In this document: positions 51,185 to 62,571 of the stretch, one piece after another
Position numbering within the stretch: the stretch's first letter is position 1
Layout: each line of letters begins with the position of its first letter
Virus record (IMG/VR): IMGVR_UViG_3300029288_000109
Span: 1-64,000 of that record
Source: a virus
Taxonomy: Duplodnaviria; Caudoviricetes
DNA: 64,000 nt
Strand: one strand, 5' to 3'
Position numbers and translations under genes: made by a program
Notes under the pieces: generated by a model
The model's database searches: none
What the model was told of the DNA's origin: nothing
What the model saw: only the letters and a program-made list of their open reading frames with translations

Positions 51185-53325
51185 ATGAGTAATATCAATA
51201 AGGCAGAAGTAGAGTATCGTGTTGATGGTGTTCTTAACGTATTTGCAAATGTAATTACAAATCTTATCACCAATCTTGTAAAAGAGAATGTTATTGAGGA
51301 AAATATTTCAGAAATAAGCAGAGTTATGATTCTTGAAGAACTTGTTTATAGCGCTCCTATGAAAGATAAAATTTCAAACATATTGACCTGTGATACAAAT
51401 GTAAATGTAACGGTGAATTAACATGGAAACATGGAAATTATGGGAACAATACCAAGATTTAAGTGAAAAAATAAAACAATTAGAAATGGAAAAAGATGGT
51501 TTAGAAGACATAATAATGGCCGCTGTTAAAAGAACGCCACATAAACAAATTCGTATTAATGATGGTAAAAACAGTGGCAATATTATTAAACTAATTTCTA
51601 CAAAAACAATTAAACAGGATAAAGTAAAAACAATAGTATCTCCAGAACAATGGAATACGTTGATTAAAGAAACGCTTGATATTGCAAAATTTAAAATATT
51701 TGCTTCAGATAATAGTATTGATATTGATAGTGTAAGCGAAGAGAAAGCGCCGTATATAAGAATGGTGCATCAAGGAAGGATGTTTTAACAGCATTATGGG
51801 CCAGACGGGATAATTATTTTCCGTCTGGCCCTGAAATGGGGAGCGAAATGACACCACTTTATGAATATTTTAAAGAACTTTTGACAGAACGACAACTAAT
51901 GCTTCTTGATTTAATTTATCGTGGATATGACCTTTATGATATAAAATTAAGAATAAATTCAGATACAGCAGGAACATATGACGCAATCAGTCTTTTCAGA
52001 GATATAGGATTTGTTGTTATCGAACAACTACCAAATGATCTAACTTATTATATGGAAAGAAATAGAAAAAATATAGCGGTAAAAGTTATTGCGGTAGATG
52101 ATGAACCAAGCGATGCCTTTTATATTAAAATTATTATGAAAATAGTGAAAATATTGCAAACACGTTCTCCATTAGTATATTTCTAGGGGATAAACATAAT
52201 GTGTAAACATGGTATTCAGGAAGAATTTTGCTCAATATGTAAAAAAGAAAAAGAAAACAGGGAAAAAGCAAAAGTTATTAAAATATGTTCCAGTTTTTGC
52301 AAAAAAGAAAAGGAGGAATATGAAAGTGAACAAAGTAAAATTGACTGATATTATGACGGAAGAAGAATATAACAGTTATATGAATAGCAGCATACTTATT
52401 AAAAAAATTAAAACAAAACATGGTAGTCTTAAAGGATTTATCGTTGGTCTTCCGCCAGAAGAGGATAATAATAAATTCAGGATAGGTTATTCAGCCCATA
52501 ATCCAATAGATGCAATGGATACAAAATTTGGTAGGGCTCTCGCTATTAAAAGAGCCACGAATCCTGATTTTATTCTAAAGAATAAAGGCCCACGAGCAAT
52601 AGAACAACAAATAAATAAATTCATGGATAGGTATGAAAGGTGTTTTTTCAAAAATGACAAGTGAAGAATGGCGTAAAATGCTTATAAAAATGTCTGAACA
52701 ACCAGTCTCCTGTCGCATTTGTGGCAGGAGACTGTATATCTTTCACCCAGAAGAAGAAACAACAGAGGTATTAAACAATTATGCTCAGGTACGTAACAAT
52801 GACAACTTTGATTGGTGTGATTTTTGTGAGGATTGTTTTAATGGGATAATGACCGTGGCTAAAGCAGTTATTAATAATGGCGTTAAAGAATTCAAAAAGG
52901 AGCAATTAACCAAATGACACAAGAAATCATAAAGAAATGCTTAGACAGAATGGGTTTAGAACAATTAGAAAGTCTACATATACAAGAATTTATTGAGCCG
53001 CCTGAAATCAGAATAATTGCTACACAAAAAGGCGCATGGTATCCTTATGGAACATGGTATTTTACACCAGAAGGTAAATTAAAAGACTTTATGAAAGGAT
53101 AGGTGAAAAACAATGTTTAAAATAACAATAGGAAAGATTTATCCAACCGATTGTAGTCTTTTTTTATTCAATCCTAATGGTGAAAAAAAGGTAGCCAATA
53201 TAGGAAGCCCGGTGTGGGAAATGCTTGGATTTCATTTTGATATAGGTAATCCAAAAGCTATTGATGGAGCAATCACACAAAAACGATTAGCCACAATATG
53301 GAATATGCCAGATAGGGATTGGTAA
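51185..53325 (+). CDS. run of about seven small hypothetical genes
   Basis: Consecutive plus-strand ORFs with SDs. Confidence 0.55.
51798..51831. terminator. intergenic GC-rich hairpin
   Basis: GGGCCAGACGG / CCGTCTGGCCC 11-bp stem; no clear U-tract. Confidence 0.5.
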
Positions 53326-53328
53326 ACT

Positions 53329-54225
53329 ATGAAATATCCACGTACACCACATCTTCCTTTTTCGCCTGGCGTGACAAAAGATGATAGAATCATATCAAAC
53401 GCAGGCTTAAATTACTTATTTAATTGCCCAGTTATTATCACAGAGAAAGTAGATGGTTCAAACATATGTCTTTCGGCTAACGGAATACACGCAAGATCAG
53501 TAAATGGCGAACCGCGCCACAAATCGTTTGACTTATTAAAAGCAATGTGGGCCTCAAAAATCCACAGGTTTAACGCTCTCTGCTGGGACAATACATACAT
53601 TTATGGTGAATGGTGCTATGCTAAACATAGTATTAAATACAATAGGCTTCCTGGATATTTGCTTATTTTTGGAGTGCGCCAATCCTATACATGGTGGAAA
53701 TGGGAACAAGTAGAAGAACTTGCTAGAGAATTAGACATACCAACTGTGCCTATGATTGGAAGCAACGTGTTTATTAGACCAAACGGTGAGAGATTTACAA
53801 CTTATTTAACAAGTTCTTATCTTGAAGAAATGTTTCGACAAGCAATTATTAATGGTAGTCTTTTAGGTGGAGAACACATCGAAGGCTTTGTTATAAGAAA
53901 TTACTATGCTTTTGATAATAGAGATTTTGAAATGAATATTGCTAAATGGGTACGTAAAGACCATGTGCAAACAGATGTTCATTGGACAAACCAGAAAATA
54001 ATTAAGAATGAATTAGGGGGAAAAACAATGAAAACAAATGAAACAGACGAATTATTAAAATCACTTACAATGTATCAACGATTTTTAGCATATAAATGGG
54101 GTATGGAACACGTGGCAGAAACACGAGCTTACTTATTCACTATCGAGCAAATTGAAAAATTGCTTAAAGAAGATGGATGGATGGAGATAGCCCCATTATG
54201 GGCCAGAATAATATTAAAAGGATAA
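53329..54225 (+). CDS. ATP-dependent RNA ligase family protein
   Basis: KYPRTPHLPFSPG, TEKVDGSN (motif I), GEW, EGFVIR, AKWVR. Confidence 0.85.
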   Translation: MKYPRTPHLPFSPGVTKDDRIISNAGLNYLFNCPVIITEKVDGSNICLSANGIHARSVNGEPRHKSFDLLKAMWASKIHRFNALCWDNTYIYGEWCYAKHSIKYNRLPGYLLIFGVRQSYTWWKWEQVEELARELDIPTVPMIGSNVFIRPNGERFTTYLTSSYLEEMFRQAIINGSLLGGEHIEGFVIRNYYAFDNRDFEMNIAKWVRKDHVQTDVHWTNQKIIKNELGGKTMKTNETDELLKSLTMYQRFLAYKWGMEHVAETRAYLFTIEQIEKLLKEDGWMEIAPLWARIILKG

Positions 54226-54229
54226 CATA

Positions 54230-54586
54230 ATGCTTGATTTCGAGAATATAGCCGCGTTTATTGAACACGCACCAGATTATATTCCTTCTATCTTTATTGA
54301 CGTTGATGATACACTTGTGTTTGGATATGCCAGTAAGCCTAATCAGAAACTTTGTGATACAATAAAACAACTTAAAATAACATTTGGTGACAAGATATGT
54401 ATTGTTGTATGGAGTCAGGGTGGTGCAGGATATGCAAAGGAAGCAGTAGAACATTGTAAAATATCTGAATATGTTGATCATTGTCTTGCCAAGCCACTTT
54501 ATATAATAGATGATATGGAGAAACAATTTGGCGGAGGGATAACACAATTTGTGTTGCCACCAGAATTTGGAGGAGAAAACAAATGA
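54230..54586 (+). CDS. HAD-superfamily phosphatase
   Basis: DVDDTL, VWSQGG, KP, IDD motifs. Confidence 0.8.
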   Translation: MLDFENIAAFIEHAPDYIPSIFIDVDDTLVFGYASKPNQKLCDTIKQLKITFGDKICIVVWSQGGAGYAKEAVEHCKISEYVDHCLAKPLYIIDDMEKQFGGGITQFVLPPEFGGENK

Positions 54587-55722
54587 CATACGATAGACAA
54601 GTAACGCAATGTTCAAAAAGCAATTACGCTAAAATGGTTACAATTTCAGATGTTGTACCAGCACAGAATTCAGATAATCTAGATTGCATCCAATTCAAAG
54701 AGGTTGGGTGGCAAACCATAGCTAAAAGAGGCGAGTTTAAACCAGGGGCTAAGGTTATGTTCCTGCCGCCCGAATCTGTTCTACCAAAAGAACTTATAGA
54801 CGAGCTTGGTGTTGAGGGGTATTTATCCAAGGGTAAGGTAAAAGCTATTAAACTGCGTGGAAACCGCTCAGAAGGGCTTATAGTGGACCACAGCATCGTT
54901 AAACCATACGTTGACTATATACTTCACTGGGAAGAAATTGTGCCTATAGCATCTGAAATGAAGGGACAAACACAGAAAAAGATTGAAACACCTGGTTCAT
55001 TTCATATATTCTACAAGATACAGAATCTTTTGAACGAACCAGATACTTTTGTCACAGGCGAAAAAATATTCCATTCAGAAAAGGTCCATGGAACCAATTG
55101 CAGATTTGGCTATCTGTTGAATCCACGCAACAAAAAGTATCAACTATATGTAGGATCTCACAACACCGTAAGGAGAGAATTTCCGTTAGACCCGCCATTC
55201 GTAGAAAAATTTATAAAAGCGTTCAGAAGGCTTAAAAAAGACAAAATATTTATTATTAAAAGGATATTAATGGCAGCAAAAAGAGCAACGGTAAAGGTAC
55301 CAAAAGAAAGCGGCCTTTATTGGCGCGTTGTGCGTAATTACGCCCAGGACGAGACCACGTTGCCCAAGGATATTGTTTTCTATGGTGAAATTTATGGGGC
55401 TGGCGTTCAAGACCTTACTTATGCTCTTGACAACCAGAAACTTATTGTTTTTGCCGCATCCGTCAATGGAGAATACCTTAATGCCAACGAGGTAACAGCA
55501 TTGTGCGCTATCCACAATCTTCCATGTGTTAAATTTTACGGGACAATATATAAAGATATTGAACAGATAAGGAGTTTTGCAGAAACAAAATCAGAGATGC
55601 CAGGCTTTGAAAAGAGTTTTAGGGAAGGCGTTGTGGTTGTCTCAGATGCAAAACCAATAAGGATGGCCAAGATGATTAGTCTGGAATATCTTTCCAGAAA
55701 GAAAGGAAGCGAGAAACACTAG
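54583..55722 (+). CDS. RNA ligase, DRB0094-like with N-terminal OB-type domain
   Basis: KLRG.RSEGL, SEKVHGTN, FYGEIYG.GVQ, REGVVV, K.IS.EYL. Confidence 0.88.
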   Translation: MTYDRQVTQCSKSNYAKMVTISDVVPAQNSDNLDCIQFKEVGWQTIAKRGEFKPGAKVMFLPPESVLPKELIDELGVEGYLSKGKVKAIKLRGNRSEGLIVDHSIVKPYVDYILHWEEIVPIASEMKGQTQKKIETPGSFHIFYKIQNLLNEPDTFVTGEKIFHSEKVHGTNCRFGYLLNPRNKKYQLYVGSHNTVRREFPLDPPFVEKFIKAFRRLKKDKIFIIKRILMAAKRATVKVPKESGLYWRVVRNYAQDETTLPKDIVFYGEIYGAGVQDLTYALDNQKLIVFAASVNGEYLNANEVTALCAIHNLPCVKFYGTIYKDIEQIRSFAETKSEMPGFEKSFREGVVVVSDAKPIRMAKMISLEYLSRKKGSEKH

Positions 55723-55723
55723 A

Positions 55724-56987
55724 ATGGCTATTATAAGAACTAATGCGCTTGTTGATTATCCAAAAATCCTATTGTCCCCATCATTAAATTTGTTTGTAGA
55801 AATACAAATAGAATATATCGAAACAGACATAAGACATTATTACAAAGGGGACTACGTAGTAAAATATTTATTATTTGAAAACGAACACTTAATTTATAAC
55901 ACAGATTTATCAATATTAAAGTCTGAAATGGCAGCTAAAAGATTTGCAAACGCTATATACAAAAAAGTACATTACGAAGGGTATGGAGAATAGAATGCTT
56001 AATACAATTATTAAAAAACTATATAATATATATAACAATATAGACGAAGGAATAGTAGCAGAAACAGTAAGATTATGCGAAGAAGAAACAAAAAATAAGA
56101 TTAAAAAACTTAACCAAATAATTCAGATGCTTGTTGAATATATTCTTGAGAGTGTCGATTTTCAACCCGATGAATTTTATAATAATTGTATAGATAAAGA
56201 TGGTAATATCACTACTGATTCTGTTATAGCATGGTTTGAAGAAAGAGTAAACAGGAGGAATAAAAATGGCTAAATGGGAACTACGACCAAATGATGAAAC
56301 AATGCTTGAAGAATATAAAAAAGGTAATGTAAAATTAAGTCATGGCGGAATGAATATGGATTGTGGTAATGGACTTATTCTTTTCTATGAGTTCCCTGAG
56401 TGGCTAAACCTGTTTATTGAAGATATTAGTGAAAAAGCTTATACAAATGGACAAAATAATATAATTGAGAATTGGTAAAATGATAGGATATAAAATAATG
56501 TTGTGGCCAAATAAATCCGAATTACGTATAACATGCTATCGTAGCAAAAAACATAAATTTTCATATATGATAGATATTGAAGATTTACATGAAGCATTAG
56601 AAGATATTGAAGCTTATTTAACACAAAAAAAATCAGAGGACCCATGGCATGACACTTCAACAGATTAGAGATAGGCTTAAAGAGGCCCAACGCTGCCCAA
56701 AATGTAATGGCGGTGGCGTGATAATTCATCCAGAATGGGAAACATTTTATAAGAATGAAACATCTTCCAAAATACTTAAACTTATAAATGAATGTACTGA
56801 CAAACATCAAATACGATTTTTACAGAAACAACTTGTGGATAAAGAACCTAAAGTACAAGAAAAGATACAATGCCCAGAATGTAGCGGCGCAGGTAAAAAA
56901 ATAATGATGCACGATGAAACAGTAGGGATATTACTTGACTTGGTGGGCTTTATTGATGATATAACACCAAATTATTTAGGAGGATAA
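55724..56987 (+). CDS. five small hypothetical genes; the last has DnaJ-type CxxCxGxG repeats
   Basis: CPKCNGGG and CPECSGAG in 56649-56987. Confidence 0.55.
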
Positions 56988-56989
56988 AA

Positions 56990-57952
56990 ATGGATACAAA
57001 AAATGTAATGTATCTGCCAAGTGGCCGTATATTTCTTTTAGATTGTGGTGGTTATACAATTGAATCTACAGAAATGAGAGACGTAAGTGTTGATGGTAAA
57101 CTTCACGAGGCAGTAAGAGAAGCCACCGATCCACACATTATATGGAAACATCTTGTGCCATATAAAGATAAATGGCTTTTAACCGTTTCTACACAAAAAG
57201 GCTGTACGCATAATTGTAAATTTTGTGATGTAGCAGATTTGCCCTTCAAAGGTAATCTCACACAATATGAAATAGAATATCAAATCTGGAATTTACTTAG
57301 GTCAACTCCCTATGTTACCGAATGTGCCAAGGCAAAAATAGGATTTGCAAGAATGGGTGAACCATCGTGGAACCTACACAATGTACTTGGTGCCATGTGT
57401 AATCTAGGAAGAATTGCTAATGAGGCTTCAGTCAAAAGCTTCAGATGGCTTCCGTGTTTCAATACTATTCTACCAAGAAAAGCAGACTGTATATATGATG
57501 TATTAGATATTAAAGAAGGGGTATTTAATGGTTTTCTACATTTTCAAATAAGTTGCAACTCTACGGATGAAGAAAAACGAAGAGAACTTTTCGGCGGAGC
57601 CGACGTTCTTACTCTTGAAGAAATTATTACAAAGATAAACAAACGCAAAATAACCAACAGAACTGTTACTCTTAACTTTATTGTTATGAAAGATGTAGAA
57701 GTTGATGTACAGAAACTTAAAAAATTGGGTCTCAATGGTAATAAGTTTGCAGTTAAACTAATCCCACTAAATCGCACTATTAAAGCAGAAGAAAACAATC
57801 TTGAAACATATGCCAATTATTCTAATTATGATGATCTTTTGCGGCTTAAAGATTCTTTTGAAAAAGAAGGAGTCCCAGTTGTAGTAGACGCTATTGCAAG
57901 ATGCGAGGAGGCTGGACTATGTTGCGGACAGTTAGCCCAAATATTTCAATAA
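56990..57952 (+). CDS. RlmN/Cfr-like radical SAM protein
   Basis: VSTQKGCTHNCKFC, GNLT..EI..QI, MGEP, C-terminal CGQL. Confidence 0.82.
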   Translation: MDTKNVMYLPSGRIFLLDCGGYTIESTEMRDVSVDGKLHEAVREATDPHIIWKHLVPYKDKWLLTVSTQKGCTHNCKFCDVADLPFKGNLTQYEIEYQIWNLLRSTPYVTECAKAKIGFARMGEPSWNLHNVLGAMCNLGRIANEASVKSFRWLPCFNTILPRKADCIYDVLDIKEGVFNGFLHFQISCNSTDEEKRRELFGGADVLTLEEIITKINKRKITNRTVTLNFIVMKDVEVDVQKLKKLGLNGNKFAVKLIPLNRTIKAEENNLETYANYSNYDDLLRLKDSFEKEGVPVVVDAIARCEEAGLCCGQLAQIFQ

Positions 57953-58611
57953 TAACTAATTGGGGATGTCGCGCAAATTGCTGGTACTGTATATGGAAAG
58001 AACACGAACTAGAACATGTAAATGAACCCACTCGTTGGGGCAAATTGGGTAAATTTCTTTATGACAATAAAGAAAAGAAAAAAGTCTCTATATCTGGTGG
58101 TGGCGATCCACTTTATAAATTTTGGGTAAATTCCTTATGGTGGGACAAACTACTTCATACAACCAGTAAATTAGATATGAAGGTTGATATTCATACAAGG
58201 GAAGTGTTTGATTTTGATTCGTTTTGGAAAAGAATAAATAGATGTGTAATATCAAGCGATAGGCTTACGATAGAACAAAAATTATATTTCAGATATTTGT
58301 TATCATTGACAAAATTAAGAATTACACATGTTGTTACCGCCAATACCACCTTTGAAATGATTGATGAGTATTTGCTATTCCAAAAAGAATACAATAAAAT
58401 GGAGGTTGTTGGAACCAAACAAGCCTTCTGGTTTGTGCCAAGGTGTCAGTTTACGATTAAGGAATTGTCGGGACACGACGATAATGGAATGTATAAAAAG
58501 ATTAGAGAAAAATATCCAGATATATACTACCTTGATGATGGTGATTATAATATCTATTATATGCCAGATAATTCAATAAGAACAGAGTTTATAGGAGGAA
58601 AACCACAATGA
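57919..58611 (+). CDS. short radical SAM protein
   Basis: GCRANCWYC and SISGGGDP; GAGGAG SD before ATG 57919. Confidence 0.8.
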   Translation: MLRTVSPNISIITNWGCRANCWYCIWKEHELEHVNEPTRWGKLGKFLYDNKEKKKVSISGGGDPLYKFWVNSLWWDKLLHTTSKLDMKVDIHTREVFDFDSFWKRINRCVISSDRLTIEQKLYFRYLLSLTKLRITHVVTANTTFEMIDEYLLFQKEYNKMEVVGTKQAFWFVPRCQFTIKELSGHDDNGMYKKIREKYPDIYYLDDGDYNIYYMPDNSIRTEFIGGKPQ

Positions 58612-59771
58612 ATATAACAAGAAACCAACCAGTTACAATTAAAGTTGATTCACATAATACTAAATTGTGCTTACCATCTTGTGAATTTTTTGCTTTTGAA
58701 TCATCATGGATGGCAAACGACTGCCTATATTGTAATAAATATCGTCAAAGACTAGAAAGGATGCGTTATAACCCAGAACACAAAACGCAATATAATTACG
58801 ACAAAGGTGAAAGATGCAGAGCTTGTTTAGCTGATTTCGGGGAGGATAAATGACCAATAAGGAATTAGTAGATAAAATACTTGTAGCACTAAATAAAAGA
58901 CAAGGTGAATACGACCTAGAATCAAGAAGAAAAGAGTTTAGTAAAGAATTTTGCATGTTTAAACATTATGGTTTTGCTATGGGTGAAGCCAAAGTTATTG
59001 TTTTGAAATGTTTTAAAGGAGAGGAATAATGTCAACAATAAAAAAATGTTGTGATAAAATGGATAAATATATAGAAGATAAAGATGGATTTTTTAGTATT
59101 GAGCTAAGCCTTGGTCAAACAGGTGTCTTACTAAGCTTTAACCATGATTATTATCGTCAAATTTCTTTTTGCCCATTTTGTGGGACAAAAATAGAAATTA
59201 TAAAGGATGACACATAATGGACTTACAAAAAATACGCGATTATTCAATAAAGAAATTCGATGAAGAAATAGCCGAACTCCAAAAATATATGGACGAAGAT
59301 AAAGATATTGCGCTCTTTGTAGAAAAGCTCTTCTATGGTTTTGGCAAAAATGATATTTCAGAAGAATACAACAATGATATTGATTGTCGGATATCTGAAG
59401 TATTAAACAGATTTATATGGTCAATATGGAATACAAGCCCATTACACGATTTAGGGAATAAGTACCACTTTAATGGCGGATGGGTATATAACCTAAATAA
59501 CTTTATTGGTAACGTTTTTTGGGACGATGCTGGATTCAGTATTAGCCGCGATAATAAACGTTATACTAAAGAATGGGTTGTGGCCCCAAACACTGATGAC
59601 ATGTTTTTACAAGAACCTACGATATTAATTGCGGCGGCAGAAGACATCGCAAAATACTGGATTGAATGCGAAGCTGCACCAGATGGCAAACAAAAACGTG
59701 AAATACTTGAAAGAGGAATGATTTCAAGCGGCAGAGTAGAAGCACTACTAAAGGAGCATTATAGAGAATAA
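58608..59771 (+). CDS. small hypothetical genes (58608-58853, 59029-59217, 59217-59771)
   Basis: Coupled ORFs with SDs. Confidence 0.55.
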
Positions 59772-60094
59772 TGAATGAACTATTCATATCAGTAGATATA
59801 GAAACAGACGGTCCAATCCCTGGTGAATACAGTATGTTATCATTCGGGGCCTGTCTTGTTGATAATCCATCAGAGAAAATATATATTGAATTTAAGCCCA
59901 TATCAGACAACCATGTTCAAGAAGCGTTGACCTGTAATGGGCTCAATATCGCAATGCTTGAAAAACACGGCTTAACGCCCCATGAGGGTATGAATACCAT
60001 TGATCGGTGGTTAAAAGCCGTTAGCGGGGCAAATAGACCTGTTGTTGTTGTGCCATTCATATCGTCTAATGCTTCATGCATCATTTTGAAATAA
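59771..60094 (+). pseudogene. DEDD 3'-5' exonuclease, apparently C-terminally truncated
   Basis: [20 protein letters not shown] ExoI motif present; ExoII and ExoIII motifs absent after RPVVV. Confidence 0.62.
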
Positions 60095-60215
60095 GCTTCG
60101 TCTGGTATGTTTACAACATCCTCTTTCTTTTCTTTTAATTTTTTTGAAAGACATTGAAGCTTTTTCAGTTTTTCTTCTTTTGTCATTTTTGTTTTCTCCA
60201 TATATGAATTACCCC

Positions 60216-60247
60216 ACCCAACGGCCTAAAAACCGTTGGGTTTTTTT
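60216..60247 (+). terminator. intrinsic terminator ending the plus-strand arm
   Basis: CCCAACGG / CCGTTGGG stem followed by T7. Confidence 0.75.
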
Positions 60248-60407
60248 ATGATCACTACTACTAGGCGAGAGAGTTTTATTTTATTTTAATATTTATTATT
60301 TTTTTTAGTAGTAATAAAAATTTTTTTAACGAGCCGCCGACCCCCGCGCCGTAGGTAAATATAAGTCTAGCCGCAATGAGAATCCGGGGCTAAAAATCTT
60401 GCCATTG

Positions 60408-60867
60408 TCACCCTTTCTTATCCCAATTCTTTTTATATCGTTGCGGTAAATGACCGCTTTTTATTATTTCCCATTCTTCATCAGTACCCAATCTTGGACA
60501 AGTTTTATAATTACATTCCCATGGGCAAGAAAATACTTCTTCTAGAAGTATAAGACAATCTCCATCTACAAAAGAACGACAATGCCTACGATATAACCAC
60601 CACTGTATATATTTAAACATTATCTATCTCCTTAAAACATAAATCACAAACATCTATATAATATTTTAAAAGTAAAGATCCATCATCTGGATTTTTCTGG
60701 CTATAACATACATCAAGAAACCCACTAAAAATATCCGCATCTGGATGATAAATTTTATGACAAGGTGTGCGTATAGCATGATAAAACCATAATATCATAC
60801 TTTGTGTAGCAGGATGATAGCTATCAAATTCTTTAACAAGTAAAAAAAGAAGTTGGTAAAATGACAT
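60408..60867 (-). CDS. two small hypothetical genes (60408-60620, 60613-60867)
   Basis: Coupled ORFs. Confidence 0.5.
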
Positions 60868-61008
60868 TATTCTTCACCGTGTTTTTCTACATCTATAAAA
60901 TGTATTGTGCATTCAAAAAATTCCATACCAATACTTCTTTTCTCTTCAACTGTCATTGCTTGCCACGTATCCATAAAATATGCCCACTTTATCCATGGCA
61001 TTAGAAAC

Positions 61009-61224
61009 CTATATTCCTTTTTCAACAAGCCGCTTAAACGCTATCTTTTTGTTTTTGTGTTGATCCCTTGTTTCGCGGCACTCACCAACGGCACCAGACT
61101 CACGATGAATAATTCTGACCCCCGATTCAACTTTATCGCGGTTTTGTCCACCGCAACCACCACACCGAAAGGTCTGAACATCAAAATCATCTTTAGTTAT
61201 AGAAAATAATAGTTCACGCGCCAT
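61009..61224 (-). CDS. stand-alone GGQ peptidyl-tRNA hydrolase domain (class I release factor / ArfB-like)
   Basis: TFRCGGCGGQNRDKVESGVRIIH..SG....RETRDQHKNK..A..RL. Confidence 0.88.
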   Translation of the reverse strand: MARELLFSITKDDFDVQTFRCGGCGGQNRDKVESGVRIIHRESGAVGECRETRDQHKNKKIAFKRLVEKGI

Positions 61225-61808
61225 ATTTAGCCTTTAACCTTTCATAAACAGCTTTTTCTTGTTGTTCTTTAACATTATTGTCTTGTATGCTTCTTTTTTG
61301 TCGTATTTTAATATCAATTGGTTCACGCAAGGCATCTTCTTCAAATATTCTTTCATAGTATATTTTGCCGCCAATAATAATTTCGTGATTTCCTGATTCA
61401 ATATAAATAGCAACAACCCTACTTTGATCGTCTTTTTGAAACCTCAAACAATCTATATTTTTAAAAGCAAATTGTATATCGTTTTTTACCTCATCTACAT
61501 CAACATATTTATTATTAATAAATATGATACCCATAATTTTAGTTACCCCCCTATATCCCTAATACTTTTTTAATTTCATTCTGCTTATCTCTTTTGCCTT
61601 CTTCAAAACTATTTTTAGCAATATCATCTATAAACGCTTTTAACCATTTAGGCATATCATAATAAATAGAATCATCTGTTTTAGAATTGTAAACAGAAAA
61701 TCTACCAAATTCATACTCTATATCGCCCTTTTTATACTTTTGCATCATAACAGACGCTTTAGGTAAATCAGACCAACTATCCATTGGTTGCCTCCGATAT
61801 ATCCTCAA
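61214..61808 (-). CDS. two hypothetical genes (61214-61534, 61551-61808)
   Basis: Minus-strand ORFs in the operon. Confidence 0.5.
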
Positions 61809-62571
61809 AAAATATAGGCATTACTTTATTAAACTCTTTTAATATCTTACCAAATATCAAGGCTGTTTCAGGTTGTACATGTGGATTAAGCACACGCTCT
61901 TTAAAAATATGTCGCCACTCACGCAAATTACAAGACATAATAAGCTCGGTCTTAACGCAGTTAGGCAAATGATACCTGGCCGCTTCTGGCGGTTGTTTAT
62001 GTTTTTTAATCTTGTTTTCATATCTTTGAAAATCAATCAAACATCCATTCAAAGAATCCAAGGCAACTTCGTCTAAATTGGCAATCTCGCGTTTTGAATT
62101 CACCCAATACGAAATAGGTTTGTCAACAACAAAGATGTAGGTATCTGGTGGCACATTGTCTTCAGGCGGCAACACAATAGTATAACTATGTTTTGACGCA
62201 TAATTATTGTATCGTTGCGATTCCTGCGAGAAAGCGCATAAACGGTGCCGCACTATCTGATGACTTGTAACGCGGCTACAAACGACTCTAACAGTCTCTG
62301 AATGATGTTCTAAGACACTTTCGTGGCCACGCTTGATAAGACTTCTAATAAACGATTTATATGAGTCTTTGGTGGTTCGTCTCTGGCTCTGATAACAAAC
62401 CCTTCCAATGGCTTCTATTTTACGCTCTACCTCGCCAGCAACATTATAAGGGATATAATCGGCCCAATCAAATCCCATGAAATCGGTGGGCTCAAATGAA
62501 TCCGATGTATATAAAAACTTCTGGTCATAGCAACCAAACTGTACAGATGGCTCAACAACCTTAATCATCAT
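61777..62571 (-). CDS. thyX: flavin-dependent thymidylate synthase
   Basis: GHESVLEH, SR..SHQIVRHR..FSQESQRY, EAAR..LP, NLREWRH. Confidence 0.95.
   Translation of the reverse strand: MMIKVVEPSVQFGCYDQKFLYTSDSFEPTDFMGFDWADYIPYNVAGEVERKIEAIGRVCYQSQRRTTKDSYKSFIRSLIKRGHESVLEHHSETVRVVCSRVTSHQIVRHRLCAFSQESQRYNNYASKHSYTIVLPPEDNVPPDTYIFVVDKPISYWVNSKREIANLDEVALDSLNGCLIDFQRYENKIKKHKQPPEAARYHLPNCVKTELIMSCNLREWRHIFKERVLNPHVQPETALIFGKILKEFNKVMPIFFEDISEATNG

Noticed and set aside
52320-52664. Possible nucleotide-sponge anti-defence protein (IGYS....D......GR.LA..RA motif)
   Set aside because: The resemblance is too vague to name a family without a profile search
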